UHGV virus genome: UHGV-0037385
Source of the DNA: a virus
DNA: 38,638 nucleotides
Reading direction: 5' to 3' (one strand)
This document shows positions 24,369 through 34,531 of this stretch, piece by piece. The notes beneath the pieces were generated by a model that saw only the letters and a list, made by a program, of their open reading frames with translations, was not told the origin of the DNA and did not search any database. Each line of letters begins with the position of its first letter. Position 1 is the stretch's first letter. The position numbers and the translations under genes were made by a program.

Positions 24369-24782
24369 ATGCAGGTCACGTATGGATATTATGCAGACGA
24401 ATATGGAGGAAGAACCATTCCGGAACAGGACTTTCGAAAAGCCGAAAGGCAGGCGGAAGCCTATATCCGGCATTTGACTTATGTGAAAGGTGATATCTTT
24501 GCTGTGGAAAATGACGCGGTAAAAGATGCTGTTTGCGCTGCAGCAGAGGTTTATTACAAATACAATGCACAGCAGCAGTCAGAAACCCCGTTGGTGAAGT
24601 CAGAAAATAATGACGGATACAGTGTCACTTATGTTACAGAGCAGACGGATGGAAAGACAGCAGAAGAGATTGTGAAGAAAAAGGTATATGATGCGGTATA
24701 TCCTTATCTTCTTCCTACTGGATGGCTGTCAAGAAAGGTGGGGATGCGTTGTGATCACAAATATGGATGTGACTGTTTATAA
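24369..24782 (+). CDS. Head-tail connector / DNA-packaging gp6-like adaptor protein.
   Basis: 137 aa, directly after the major capsid gene. The N-terminal helical segment FRKAERQAEAYIRHL is typical of gp6-like adaptors. Confidence 0.55.
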   Translation: MQVTYGYYADEYGGRTIPEQDFRKAERQAEAYIRHLTYVKGDIFAVENDAVKDAVCAAAEVYYKYNAQQQSETPLVKSENNDGYSVTYVTEQTDGKTAEEIVKKKVYDAVYPYLLPTGWLSRKVGMRCDHKYGCDCL

Positions 24783-25152
24783 CAGGAAATACGATGAGAC
24801 CACTCATTTTGATACCTGGTCCCGGACAGTCTTGCACGGCGTTCATGTTTATGTAGATCATAAGACCGCAGTTTCAGATAACGGTCTGAACAGTGCGGAA
24901 GTCTATAAGATTCGTATTCCTGCGGATATTCCAGAAGCAGATCAGTATCTCCCGCCGGAAGAGTATGCCTGTTGTGGAGGCTTCGGAAACTGGACTATAC
25001 AGAACGGGGATCAGATTGTCCTGGGAGAGTGTCAGATTGAGATTGAAAGACCTGCAGATCTGAAAGCCGTGTTCCAGAAGCACTGCAAGGTGTTGAGCTG
25101 GTCAGACAACCGGTTTGGTACGACTCCGCACTGGCGGATCGGAGGCGAGTAA
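24763..25152 (+). CDS. Head-closure / head-tail joining protein.
   Basis: The start is ATG 24763 or GTG 24751; the upstream part of the track ORF is not credible. It is about 129 aa and sits in the connector gene position. Confidence 0.5.
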   Translation: MDVTVYNRKYDETTHFDTWSRTVLHGVHVYVDHKTAVSDNGLNSAEVYKIRIPADIPEADQYLPPEEYACCGGFGNWTIQNGDQIVLGECQIEIERPADLKAVFQKHCKVLSWSDNRFGTTPHWRIGGE

Positions 25153-25153
25153 G

Positions 25154-25537
25154 ATGGCAGGAAAGAAAGAATTCCGGATCACAACTCCGAGAGGCAGCGT
25201 ATTTACGGTGACTGGCAAGAATGGTTCTACCACGGCACGGCTGGAATGGGCTCCGGGATTCGCACAGAAAAAAGCGGAGGGATTTTCAAGGGCGCAGGCA
25301 TTTGTGGATTCAGAGTGCCTGCGCTATATGAATCCACTGACTCCGAGAAGAACCGGGATGCTGATCAAGTCCGGGACACTTGGAACTGTGATCGGTTCCG
25401 GATCTATTGAATACCTGGCACCATATGCCCGCCGGCAGTATTACGAGCACAGATCAAAAGCACGATGGTTTGAAACCATGAAGGCGAGCAAGAAAGATGT
25501 GATTAGGGAAGGAGCTGAGAAACTTGCAGGAGAATAA
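25154..25537 (+). CDS. Minor capsid / tail-completion protein (HK97 gp10-like family).
   Basis: ATG 25154 has a GGAGGCGAG Shine-Dalgarno. It is 127 aa. Confidence 0.5.
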   Translation: MAGKKEFRITTPRGSVFTVTGKNGSTTARLEWAPGFAQKKAEGFSRAQAFVDSECLRYMNPLTPRRTGMLIKSGTLGTVIGSGSIEYLAPYARRQYYEHRSKARWFETMKASKKDVIREGAEKLAGE

Positions 25538-25946
25538 GAGAAAGCCGATTATTGAAAGCATTCGTGAATATGTGATGACTTATCCGGATATTGATAACCG
25601 GAAGATCAATATTGATTATCTTGGTGATGGAATGGAATATTCCATTGATCCGATCGGAGCAGATCCCATTTATAAGAAATATGTGGATGGAAGCTGCCTG
25701 AAGCAGTTCCAGTTCGCTCTGACAAGCAAAGAAGCTTATGACGGTGATGCCCGGACGGGAATCGCCAACAGCGGATTTTATCAGCAGTTTGAAGAGTGGA
25801 CAGAACAGAATAATTTGAATGATATTGTCCCGGAGCTGGACGATCACGATGCCATCAGGGTGGAAGTGATGCAGTCCGGCTATTTGTTCAGCACAGAGGT
25901 TGATCTGGGACGGTATCAGATGATATGCAGAGTGATATACAAGTAA
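25524..25946 (+). CDS. Minor capsid / tail-terminator-like protein.
   Basis: 140 aa, in the connector gene position upstream of the major tail protein. The start is TTG 25524. Confidence 0.45.
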   Translation: MQENKRKPIIESIREYVMTYPDIDNRKINIDYLGDGMEYSIDPIGADPIYKKYVDGSCLKQFQFALTSKEAYDGDARTGIANSGFYQQFEEWTEQNNLNDIVPELDDHDAIRVEVMQSGYLFSTEVDLGRYQMICRVIYK

Positions 25947-25959
25947 GGAGTGTGACGAA

Positions 25960-26460
25960 ATGTCAGGAGAAAAGCAGAAATTAGTAGGCCGTCATCAGAG
26001 AGTGGCATTCATGGGAACCGGCGGCAGTACATTCAGCAGGATGACAGGCTTTACATCCCTGTCAGATGGCAAGAATGCGATTGAGTATACAAGGCAGTAT
26101 GTGGATGAAGCGGCAGAAAGATCGGACGTAGTAGGATACGCTACAAGTTACGATTATGAATTTGACCGTTATACAGACAATCCGGTACATGAGAAACTGG
26201 CGCAGATTACAGATGATGAGATCATGGGTACAGATGCTCAGATCGATATTGTTGTTGTAGATCTGTTTGAAAAGTCAGCCAGTGATTCTTCCTGTACAGC
26301 AAGGAAAAGAACATACAGCGTGATCCCGGACACAGAGGGAGACGGAACAGATGCCCTGATCTATAAGGGAAGTTTGAAAGCTGCATCTGATATTGTAAAG
26401 GGTACATGTACATCCAATGACAACTGGCAGACCTGTACATTTACTGAGGCAAGTGAGTAA
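25960..26460 (+). CDS. Major tail protein (TP901-1 / phi13-type).
   Basis: 166 aa, followed by two chaperone ORFs and the tape-measure gene. The sequence RMTGFTSLS...YDYEFD is typical. Confidence 0.65.
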   Translation: MSGEKQKLVGRHQRVAFMGTGGSTFSRMTGFTSLSDGKNAIEYTRQYVDEAAERSDVVGYATSYDYEFDRYTDNPVHEKLAQITDDEIMGTDAQIDIVVVDLFEKSASDSSCTARKRTYSVIPDTEGDGTDALIYKGSLKAASDIVKGTCTSNDNWQTCTFTEASE

Positions 26461-26481
26461 GAAGAGTAGGAGAGTGAGCCA

Positions 26482-26925
26482 ATGAGCCTTTGGAAGTTTG
26501 GAAATTTTGAAGCAGAAGTGGATTTTACAGATGCTGATTTCCTGGATACGCTGGATGAAGCGAAAGAAGTTATGTGGGAACAGCAGAAAGCAGTTCCTGT
26601 GGTTGGGAAAAACGCGGATATTATCCGTGCACAGTGTGCCTGCTATTATGCATTCTTCGATGCACTTTTCGGAGATGGCGCAGGAGACCAGATCTTATGC
26701 GGAAGGAACAGCATTAACTTCTGTAATGAAGCAGCGGAGTCCCTGATGGAATTTGAAGAGAATGAAACAAAGCGGCTGGAGGAAAGATATGCAAAATACG
26801 AAGTTCAGCCGCATGGTCAGATGCCGGTGTATCCGCAGCAGCCAAAAGGCAACCGGCAGCAGAGAAGAGCGTATCAGAAGAATCAGGGAAGAAAGCAGAA
26901 CTATGCACAGAAATTTAACAGGTAG
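26482..26925 (+). CDS. Tail assembly chaperone (gpG-like).
   Basis: It lies between the major tail protein and the tape-measure gene and has an acidic N-terminus. Confidence 0.55.
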   Translation: MSLWKFGNFEAEVDFTDADFLDTLDEAKEVMWEQQKAVPVVGKNADIIRAQCACYYAFFDALFGDGAGDQILCGRNSINFCNEAAESLMEFEENETKRLEERYAKYEVQPHGQMPVYPQQPKGNRQQRRAYQKNQGRKQNYAQKFNR

Positions 26926-26931
26926 CATACA

Positions 26932-27495
26932 ATGAATATTCTTTATGAAAGATTTCCGGAGTCTGTTGCAGTGAATGGAAAGGACTATCCGGTAGTGACA
27001 GATTTCAGAGAATGGATCCGTTTTTCAGAACTGGTAGAGGATGAGACAGTTCCCTGGCAGATTAAGTGCCGGCTTTTGCTTCAGTGGTATGCGGAGCAGA
27101 TCCCGGAGGATATTGAAAGTGCTGTTTATGCGCTGGGCGATTTCTTGATGTGCAGGAAAGATAATGATCAGGAAACAGAAGAAAAGAAAGGCAGGATAAA
27201 GCCGGTGTTTTCGTTCACAGAAGATGCCGGCTGTATTTATGCAGCATTCCGGGAAGCGTATGACATTGACCTGCAGAGTGTGGACTATATGCACTGGTGG
27301 GAATTCCGCAATCTGTTCGACTGGCTGCCGGAAAATACCGAGATTAAGCAGCGGATCCTGTATCGTGGCATGGATCCACGGACAATAAAAGATAAGAATG
27401 AGCGCAAACGGATCCGGCAGATTCAGAGCGCGATAGCTTTGAAAAAGAAGCAGAGAAAAATGACGGATTATGAGATTGGAGATGTGTTCGCATGA
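26932..27495 (+). CDS. Phage Gp15-family protein, the second tail-assembly chaperone.
   Basis: 187 aa. The segment DFREWIRFSEL and its position before the tape-measure gene support the call. Confidence 0.55.
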   Translation: MNILYERFPESVAVNGKDYPVVTDFREWIRFSELVEDETVPWQIKCRLLLQWYAEQIPEDIESAVYALGDFLMCRKDNDQETEEKKGRIKPVFSFTEDAGCIYAAFREAYDIDLQSVDYMHWWEFRNLFDWLPENTEIKQRILYRGMDPRTIKDKNERKRIRQIQSAIALKKKQRKMTDYEIGDVFA

Positions 27496-27641
27496 TTAAA
27501 ATACCGACACGGAGAGAGTGGTACCGGTGTCCACATTGCGGACAGAAGTTGTTGGTATATACGGACATCACTGTGTGCAGCGGCTTATATATGAAATGCC
27601 GCAAATGTCGGAAAGAGGTAGAGATAAAGATTAAGAGTTAA
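27492..27641 (+). CDS. Cys-rich Zn-ribbon mini-protein of 49 aa (CPHCG...C..C...CRKC).
   Basis: It has an ATGA overlap with the previous stop. Small Cys-rich proteins commonly precede the tape-measure gene in Clostridia phages. It is below the track cut-off. Confidence 0.4.
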   Translation: MIKIPTRREWYRCPHCGQKLLVYTDITVCSGLYMKCRKCRKEVEIKIKS

Positions 27642-27685
27642 GCACTTGTGAGCCATTGAGCCGTGCTATCAGAAAGGATGATAGT

Positions 27686-30343
27686 ATGGCAGATGGATAT
27701 TTGAATTTTGATACCAAGATTAACGAAAAAGGGTTCAATGATGGAATCAACAAGCTGGGGAAGCTTGGAAAGAGTGGATTATCCGTAGTAGGTAAGGCAA
27801 TGACAGGAGCAGTTGCAGCGGTTGGAACAGGAGCAGCTGCAATAGTAAAGTCATCTCTTGGTGTGGTTGCCAATATGGAACAGCAGGTTGGTGGTGTGGA
27901 GACACTGTTTAAAAATAGTGCTGATACAGTGATAAAGAATGCCAACCGAGCGTATACGACAGCACAGTTATCCGCTAATAATTACATGGAAACAGTTACA
28001 AGCTTTTCCGCTTCGTTATTGCAGGGACTTGGTGGAGATACTGCAAAGGCTGCAGAGATTGCAGATATGGCCATTATTGATATGGCTGATAATGCCAATA
28101 AAATGGGTACTAACATGCAGGATATCCAGAATGCATATCAAGGATTTGCAAAGCAGAACTACACTATGCTTGATAACCTGAAATTAGGTTATGGCGGTAC
28201 TCAGTCGGAAATGATCCGACTAATCAATGATTCGGGTATCCTGAATGAAAAAATCAGTGATCTGGACAATGTGACATTTGATCAGATGATTCAGGCTATT
28301 CACAAAATACAGGATAATCTGGGAATCACAGGAACTTCAGCAAAAGAAGCATCAACTACGATTGAAGGATCTGTAAATTCCGCAAAGGCTGCCTGGGAGA
28401 ACTTTGAAGCCGGAGTGATCAGTGCAAATGATCTTGTAGATACATTCTGGACGGCTGCACAGAATATTTTAAATAATCTCGGTCAAATGATTCCGCGTCT
28501 GGGAAAGACTGGGATGGATGTGGTGGAATCCTTATCCGGAAAAATTGGGGATGCGGTTCCGCAATTAAAGGGACTTACAGATAGTGTCGGAAAATTAGCA
28601 GATAAGTTAAAGAACATGAGTACGGATGAACTCATGAACCTTGGTAAGACCGCAGCAGTGCTTGCAGGAGCTGCTCCTGCGCTTGGAATACTTGGAAAAA
28701 GTGCGGGAACGTGCGGTGTTATTCTGAACAGCTTAGGCGATATAAGCGGAGGCGTTTTTGCAAAGCTTGGCAAGATGCCGGGCAATCTGAAAAGCCTTGG
28801 CGCGAGCATGAAATCTGGGGCAAAAGTATTTGGAAATGTGAAGGATGCAATCCTTCTTCCGTTTAATGATTTAGCCCCGAAGCTTACCGGAGTATTCCAA
28901 AAGGCTTTAGGAACAGTCAGTACTGGTCCAATCGGAAAGATTGTAAGTGATTTTGCTGAGATACCGAAAGGGATTATTTCTGCTTTTGGAAAAATCGGTC
29001 CTGGATTAGCCAAAACATTCCCGAAAGCTACAGCTGCACTGAAAAGTTTTGGAAGTTCTATAAGCAGTACCTTTGGTGTGATCGTAAACGGCGCAAAAGG
29101 ATTCGGTTCGCTTCTTGGCGGTGCGTTTGGTTCTGTTTTGTCGAAAGTGTCTGGATTTGGAAGCCAGCTTATGAGCTATCTCGGAATCATTGGAAATGCG
29201 TTTGTACCAATTCTTTCAAAAGTAGCCGGTTTCATTCCATCATTTATTAGTCTTCTTAATTTCGGTGCAGTTGCAGCCGTTGTGGTAGCCGGTCTTGGAC
29301 TGGTTTACAGTCAGTTTGGTACACAGATTGATCAAATCCTGCTTATGGTGCAGACCAAAGGACCGGAGATCATATCCAACTTTGGAGCCGGGATCACAGC
29401 AGCGCTTCCGGGATTGATTTCATCTGGAGAAACCCTGATACTGGGATTGATGAATGCGATTACAGCAAATCTACCATCGCTTATTTCTGTAGGCGCAAGC
29501 ATCATAGCAACATTAGTAAGCAGCCTGGGCGCACAACTTCCGCAGTTAATTCCGGCAGCGGTACAGATGATCCTGACTCTGGTTGAGTCGCTGATCAGTA
29601 ATCTTCCGCAGTTAATAACTTCCGGATTACAGTTAATGGAAGGCTTGGCACAGGGAATTGCAAACGCGATTCCGCAGGTGGCAGCGAAAGCACCGGTTAT
29701 CATCGGCAAGCTGGCATCTACGATTATCACGAATTTGCCACAGATCTTGCAGACAGGTGTGAAGATTATCACTCAGCTTGCTGTAGGACTGGTACAGGGA
29801 ATCCCTTCCTTACTCGGAAAGATTCCGTCTATGATAAGTCAGATCAAGAGTGCATTTACCAGTGTAAACTGGGGCAGTGTTGGCCTCAATATTATTAAAG
29901 GGATTGCGAGCGGTATTGCAGGTGCTGTAGGACATCTCATAAGTGCAGCAACTTCAGCGGCAAGTAGTGCGTTAGACGCAATTAAGTCAAAACTTGGCAT
30001 TCATTCACCGTCCCGTGTATTCCGGGATCAGGTTGGTAAGATGATGGCACTTGGAATGGGAATCGGATTTGAGAAGAATATCCCGGTTGGATCCATGAGT
30101 GCCGGAGTGCAGAAGGCAGTTCAGAGCTTACAAAGAAGCGTACAGATTACAACATCGGTCAACCCGGATAAGACGGTTGGAGGAATCAACAGTAATCCAC
30201 TCTATAAGAGTCAGGGATTTGACTACGACAGATTGGAACGTATTCAGAGGAAGATAGCGAAAGAAAATGGCAATAAGCCAATCTTCCTGGATACGAAACG
30301 GATAGACAGACCATTACCGAAAGGAGCAGTACCACAGGTATGA
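27686..30343 (+). CDS. Tail tape-measure protein.
   Basis: About 885 aa. It has long Gly/Ala/Ser-rich hydrophobic repeats, a helical N-terminal region and a transmembrane-like central block. It lies after the chaperone pair. The start was moved to ATG 27686. Confidence 0.85.
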   Translation: MADGYLNFDTKINEKGFNDGINKLGKLGKSGLSVVGKAMTGAVAAVGTGAAAIVKSSLGVVANMEQQVGGVETLFKNSADTVIKNANRAYTTAQLSANNYMETVTSFSASLLQGLGGDTAKAAEIADMAIIDMADNANKMGTNMQDIQNAYQGFAKQNYTMLDNLKLGYGGTQSEMIRLINDSGILNEKISDLDNVTFDQMIQAIHKIQDNLGITGTSAKEASTTIEGSVNSAKAAWENFEAGVISANDLVDTFWTAAQNILNNLGQMIPRLGKTGMDVVESLSGKIGDAVPQLKGLTDSVGKLADKLKNMSTDELMNLGKTAAVLAGAAPALGILGKSAGTCGVILNSLGDISGGVFAKLGKMPGNLKSLGASMKSGAKVFGNVKDAILLPFNDLAPKLTGVFQKALGTVSTGPIGKIVSDFAEIPKGIISAFGKIGPGLAKTFPKATAALKSFGSSISSTFGVIVNGAKGFGSLLGGAFGSVLSKVSGFGSQLMSYLGIIGNAFVPILSKVAGFIPSFISLLNFGAVAAVVVAGLGLVYSQFGTQIDQILLMVQTKGPEIISNFGAGITAALPGLISSGETLILGLMNAITANLPSLISVGASIIATLVSSLGAQLPQLIPAAVQMILTLVESLISNLPQLITSGLQLMEGLAQGIANAIPQVAAKAPVIIGKLASTIITNLPQILQTGVKIITQLAVGLVQGIPSLLGKIPSMISQIKSAFTSVNWGSVGLNIIKGIASGIAGAVGHLISAATSAASSALDAIKSKLGIHSPSRVFRDQVGKMMALGMGIGFEKNIPVGSMSAGVQKAVQSLQRSVQITTSVNPDKTVGGINSNPLYKSQGFDYDRLERIQRKIAKENGNKPIFLDTKRIDRPLPKGAVPQV

Positions 30344-31122
30344 TTGTGTATTATGAAAATGTAAATGGTGAAAAATTAAATCTTTTAAAAGCTCCTTTTA
30401 GGACAACGAAAACCGACTGGTTCGATGCGGACTGGTCGGAGTCATCGGAAGGATATGAGAAGACTGTAACGCTTGACGTCTTTGGAAAGCGGGAAGAATT
30501 TCAGAAAAATATGGAACAATTATATCGGATCATTGCGGTTGATGCAGAAAGTGATTCCTATGGCAGATTATATGTAAATGGAGCTTATTTACGATGCAGG
30601 ATATTAAAATCGGCAAAGGAAGGATGGAAAGGTTACGTCTATTCCGAGGTGGAACTTACCTTTCAGGCACCGGAGCTTGTGTGGGTGGTAGAAACTGGAA
30701 AACAATTCTTTCCACAGCCCGAAGAAGAGGCAGCTGCAGGTATTGATTTTCCGTATAATCATCCGTTTGACTTTGCAGGAGTGAAGCGCGGGACCGCTGT
30801 GTGGGAAGTAGAGCATATTATTCCGAGTGATTTCCAGATGATTATCTACGGACCATGCGTGAATCCAAGAATCTTAATCAATGATTATCCTTATGAGGTA
30901 TTTGTGACACTGGAACGAAATGAATATCTTGTGATCGACAGCAGATCTTGTAAGGTTATGAGATATTTATCAAATGGAACTGTGCAGAATGCATTTAATG
31001 AGAGAGCGCTGGAACATAGCATATTTGAGAAAATTCCTTCCGGGCTTTTAAATATCAACTGGTCGGGAGACTTTGGTTTTGATTTGACCTTATTTTTGAA
31101 CAGGAGGGAGCCGCCGTGGTAA
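30340..31122 (+). CDS. Distal tail protein (Dit, siphovirus tail-component family).
   Basis: 260 aa, immediately after the tape-measure gene with an ATGA overlap. Confidence 0.6.
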   Translation: MIVYYENVNGEKLNLLKAPFRTTKTDWFDADWSESSEGYEKTVTLDVFGKREEFQKNMEQLYRIIAVDAESDSYGRLYVNGAYLRCRILKSAKEGWKGYVYSEVELTFQAPELVWVVETGKQFFPQPEEEAAAGIDFPYNHPFDFAGVKRGTAVWEVEHIIPSDFQMIIYGPCVNPRILINDYPYEVFVTLERNEYLVIDSRSCKVMRYLSNGTVQNAFNERALEHSIFEKIPSGLLNINWSGDFGFDLTLFLNRREPPW

Positions 31123-32105
31123 CACTGGCAGATAAGAATCTACATGAGATTGGATATGTGAAAGATGCTAATTTTACTGCAGATGTGAATGGAGAGTACG
31201 AGTTTTCAGTTCAGATCGCAAGATCAAACTGGTATCCGGAATTGAACTTTTCCAGTTATATATACATTGTTGGTACAGAATATGGTGGAATTATCGGTGA
31301 GATCCTGACGGATACCACACTTGATTATGTGGAAGTGAAAGGGATCACCTGGCGTGGATTTTTGCAGTACAAAGTGATTGAGCCGCCGGCAGGATCTGAT
31401 TACAAGAAAGTAACAGGGGAAATACATCAGGTTATGAAAGCATTGATTGAACCGGAGTTTAGTGGCTTGTATGTAGTGTCTTCCAAGAATACAGAAATCA
31501 CGGTCAGTAATTATCTGTTTGACCGCTACTGTACCTTGCTTGCAGGGATTAGCAAGATGCTGAAAAGCAAAGAGTATAGGTTGAACATCCGGTTCCTTCG
31601 GGAGCAGGGAGAACCGGGATATCTGCTGATAGAAGCAGTTCCTGTTGTAGATTATTCAAAAAAACTGGAACTGTCGAAAGACATGCAGCTGAATTATACA
31701 ATGGATGATAAGCGGAATGGAGTGAATCATCTGATCGTAGCAGGAAAGGGAGAACTTCAGGAAAGAAATGTATTCCATCTGTATGTACAGAAAAACGGTA
31801 GTATTGGAAAAGAAAAATATTATACTGGGCTGGATGAAATCACGGAGGTGTACGAAAATACATCAACGGAGACGGATGAACTTGAGAAAAATGCAATTGA
31901 ACGACTTCAGGACCGAATGAATAAGAAGACATTCAAAATGGATGTTGCAAGTCTTGGACTTCAGGTCGGTATTGGAGATATCGTAGGAGGCAGAGATTAC
32001 CTGACCGGGATGTATATGTCAAAGCCTGTAAAGAACATCATCTATGAAATCACAAATGATGTAGAATCAATTACTTATAAATTGGAAGGAGAAGATGAAG
32101 AATGA
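31116..32105 (+). CDS. Tail-tip / baseplate protein (Gp37-like / tail-associated protein N-domain).
   Basis: 329 aa. It overlaps dit by 7 nt. Confidence 0.5.
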   Translation: MVTLADKNLHEIGYVKDANFTADVNGEYEFSVQIARSNWYPELNFSSYIYIVGTEYGGIIGEILTDTTLDYVEVKGITWRGFLQYKVIEPPAGSDYKKVTGEIHQVMKALIEPEFSGLYVVSSKNTEITVSNYLFDRYCTLLAGISKMLKSKEYRLNIRFLREQGEPGYLLIEAVPVVDYSKKLELSKDMQLNYTMDDKRNGVNHLIVAGKGELQERNVFHLYVQKNGSIGKEKYYTGLDEITEVYENTSTETDELEKNAIERLQDRMNKKTFKMDVASLGLQVGIGDIVGGRDYLTGMYMSKPVKNIIYEITNDVESITYKLEGEDEE

Positions 32106-32914
32106 AAATTGTATCTGGAAGAACCGGATCACCCCATGTGACTTCGCAGCAGTTCCGGCAGATGCTGGAAGGAATACTGGGACAGGACAGTTATATTCTC
32201 ACGAGCGGAGAAAATTTAAAGCCGGAATTGAGTTCCAATAATCTGCTCAAGATCCGGAGCGGGATGATGTGCCATCATGGATGTATTTCCTGTGTGGAAA
32301 TCGGAACTTATGATGAGGTCACTCTGACGAATGGATCACATGGAATGCAGAGAATTGACCTCGTGGTAAACCGGTATACCAGGAATGCGGAGACAGAGGT
32401 TGAAAAATGCGAATGGAAGGTGATCACCGGGACAGCAAAGGCGAGCAGCCCAGCAGTTCCGACATATACGAAGGGCAATCTTCAGGAGGGAGATCTTGTA
32501 GATGAGTGTCCGGTATTTGAAATTCACTACAATGGAATCAATGTTACGGAGGTGAAGAGCCTGTTGAGTGTAGCGGGATCACTTGCTGAATTAAATGGCA
32601 AATCTATAGTTGACTTTGGAAGCAACTATATGAAATACGGCAACGGTCTCCTTATTCAGTGGGGAACAGCTAGATTTCCAGGTGAAGCATCTGGAGGAAA
32701 AGGATTTGCTACAATCAATTTCCCAAAAACATTTGCAAATACATCATATACATTGATTGCAACAGCTAAATATCCCGGAAGTGCACTCCCAGCCTTTCTC
32801 ATATCAACGGATGTCAACAGTGCCTCAAAAGCATATGTATATGCGAGAACTACAAGTATGTCTGCGGTTACTGGTGCAGGATGCAGCTGGCTGGCTATTG
32901 GACAATGGAAATAA
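32102..32914 (+). CDS. Tail fibre / receptor-binding-like structural protein.
   Basis: 270 aa with an ATGA overlap. The position suggests a host-recognition module. Confidence 0.4.
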   Translation: MKIVSGRTGSPHVTSQQFRQMLEGILGQDSYILTSGENLKPELSSNNLLKIRSGMMCHHGCISCVEIGTYDEVTLTNGSHGMQRIDLVVNRYTRNAETEVEKCEWKVITGTAKASSPAVPTYTKGNLQEGDLVDECPVFEIHYNGINVTEVKSLLSVAGSLAELNGKSIVDFGSNYMKYGNGLLIQWGTARFPGEASGGKGFATINFPKTFANTSYTLIATAKYPGSALPAFLISTDVNSASKAYVYARTTSMSAVTGAGCSWLAIGQWK

Positions 32915-33051
32915 AATAACTGTCAGATTTTAACAATATTCAGTCTGCAATCACCAGAGGTTTTGAATTCACATCCGGCGCAGGTCGGGTGCTTTTGTTA
33001 TGCGCTTTTATATATGAAACACAGAAACATGATTCAGAGAAAGGAAAAGCT

Positions 33052-33423
33052 ATGAAAATTATATTCAATGATGGTCAGGAGCTGACCGTGCAGGATGTAT
33101 CTATCCAGACTGATGGAGGTCTTCTGGTCAAAACAATCTCAGCAACGGAGGAGCAGATCAAAGCAATTTTTTCAGACTCCATGACAACAAAGAAGATGAC
33201 AGTCCAAGAGCGGGGAGCAGAACTTGCATGTTATGAAAATTATACGAAGTTTGATGCTGTTGTAAAGTATACAGCGGGCATTCTTGGAATTGTCATGTAT
33301 CAGGAAGAGCAGGCGCCGGAAGACCGGATCAAGGCTCTTGAGAAAGAAAAGGCAGATATGAAGGAGAAGATCAACCAGTTAGAGGGCTGCCTTCTGGAAA
33401 TGTCCGAGATGGTATATCAGTAG
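33052..33423 (+). CDS. XkdW-like small tail-associated protein with a coiled-coil C-terminus.
   Basis: The start was moved to ATG 33052. It is followed by an XkdX-like mini-gene, as in PBSX-type tail-fibre modules. Confidence 0.4.
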   Translation: MKIIFNDGQELTVQDVSIQTDGGLLVKTISATEEQIKAIFSDSMTTKKMTVQERGAELACYENYTKFDAVVKYTAGILGIVMYQEEQAPEDRIKALEKEKADMKEKINQLEGCLLEMSEMVYQ

Positions 33424-33479
33424 TGGTAACTCTATTAACCAATTTATTCATAATATTACAAAACAATGGAGGTAAAGAA

Positions 33480-33623
33480 ATGATGGCAATGTTATGGGCA
33501 CAGCAGATCATGATGGGAAAGAAAACATATGGGCAGGTTCCAAGACTCTTGAGAGATAAGGTGAAAGAGATTTTGGAAGATTCCGGAATGGGCGAACTTG
33601 TTACAGATGAGACACAGAAGTAG
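33480..33623 (+). CDS. XkdX-like mini-protein of 47 aa.
   Basis: A GGAGGT Shine-Dalgarno lies 7 nt before ATG 33480. The sequence W...I..G..TYGQVP...V.EIL resembles the XkdX family. Confidence 0.4.
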   Translation: MMAMLWAQQIMMGKKTYGQVPRLLRDKVKEILEDSGMGELVTDETQK

Positions 33624-33635
33624 AGGTGAAAACAG

Positions 33636-34520
33636 ATGGCAGTAAAAACAGCACAGTATATATTTAATGGTCGGACGATTAATCTGACATATAATTCAAC
33701 ATCAGGAAAATGGGAAGCAACGGTAACGGCACCAAGTAAATCCAGTTATAACCAGACGGACCACGTTCTGGGCGGTACGGTAAAGGCTACAGACGTAGCA
33801 GGAAATACAACGACTGTTGATCAGAGTCATGCGACACTTGGATCATCTTTGAAGATCAGAGTCAAAGAGAAGGTAGCTCCGGTAATCAGTATCACGGCAC
33901 CGACAGCTGGATCTTATATTACCAATGCAACACCAACCATCAAGTTTACAGTAACAGATGCGGATTCCGGTGTGAATTCCGGTACAATCGTGATGAAACT
34001 GGATGGTACAGCGGTTACGGTTACAAAGACAGCAATCACAGGCGGATATGAGTGCAGTTATACACCTACTACCGCACTGAAGGACGGAAGCCACACGATT
34101 TCTGTTACAGCATCAGATAATGATGGAAATGCAGCTTCAGCGAAGACAGCAACCTTTACAGTAGATACAGTACCACCGACTCTGACGATTACAGCACCTG
34201 CAGAAGGTCTTGTAACAAATAAGACAACCATTACTGTTTCAGGTAAGACAGATGACGCAACATCCAAGCCGGTTACAGTTACTGTAAACGGTGCAGCGGC
34301 TACGGTTGGAACAGATGGATCCTTCAGCAAGGATGTAACACTGACTAATGGAGCAAACAAGATTACGATCATTGCCAAGGACAAAGCAGGTAAGACTACA
34401 ACGATCACGAGAAATGTAACGCTTGATACAGCCGCTCCGGTGATCAAGTCTATCACGCTGACTCCAAATCCGGTTGACTGCAGCAAGACCTTTGTGATTG
34501 CTGTAGAGATTACGGACTAG
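33636..34520 (+). CDS. Structural protein with three tandem Ig-like (Big-type) domains, a putative fibre/adhesin.
   Basis: A unit of about 95 aa recurs three times (APVISITAPTAG..., PPTLTITAPAEG..., APVIKSITLTPNP...). It is Thr/Val-rich and beta-strand-like. Confidence 0.55.
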   Translation: MAVKTAQYIFNGRTINLTYNSTSGKWEATVTAPSKSSYNQTDHVLGGTVKATDVAGNTTTVDQSHATLGSSLKIRVKEKVAPVISITAPTAGSYITNATPTIKFTVTDADSGVNSGTIVMKLDGTAVTVTKTAITGGYECSYTPTTALKDGSHTISVTASDNDGNAASAKTATFTVDTVPPTLTITAPAEGLVTNKTTITVSGKTDDATSKPVTVTVNGAAATVGTDGSFSKDVTLTNGANKITIIAKDKAGKTTTITRNVTLDTAAPVIKSITLTPNPVDCSKTFVIAVEITD

Positions 34521-34531
34521 GAGGCTGCATT

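Noticed and set aside
26900-26935. AAATTTA heptamer at the end of the first tail-chaperone ORF, as a possible -1 frameshift site giving a G-T-like chaperone fusion.
   Set aside because: The heptamer is not in the X_XXY_YYZ register relative to the reading frame. Both alternative frames hit stops within a few codons. The second chaperone has its own start after a 6-nt gap.
28483-29772. Long minus-strand ORFs (28483..29013, 29332..29772) inside the tape-measure gene, and similar antisense ORFs inside the major capsid gene (23584..24111), the Ig-repeat gene (33843..34486) and the portal gene (19233..19955).
   Set aside because: They lie fully inside confident plus-strand structural genes and lack ribosome-binding sites. 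Their composition is low-complexity Ala/Gly/Pro/Ser-rich, as expected from antisense reading of G/A-rich repeats. They are spurious.
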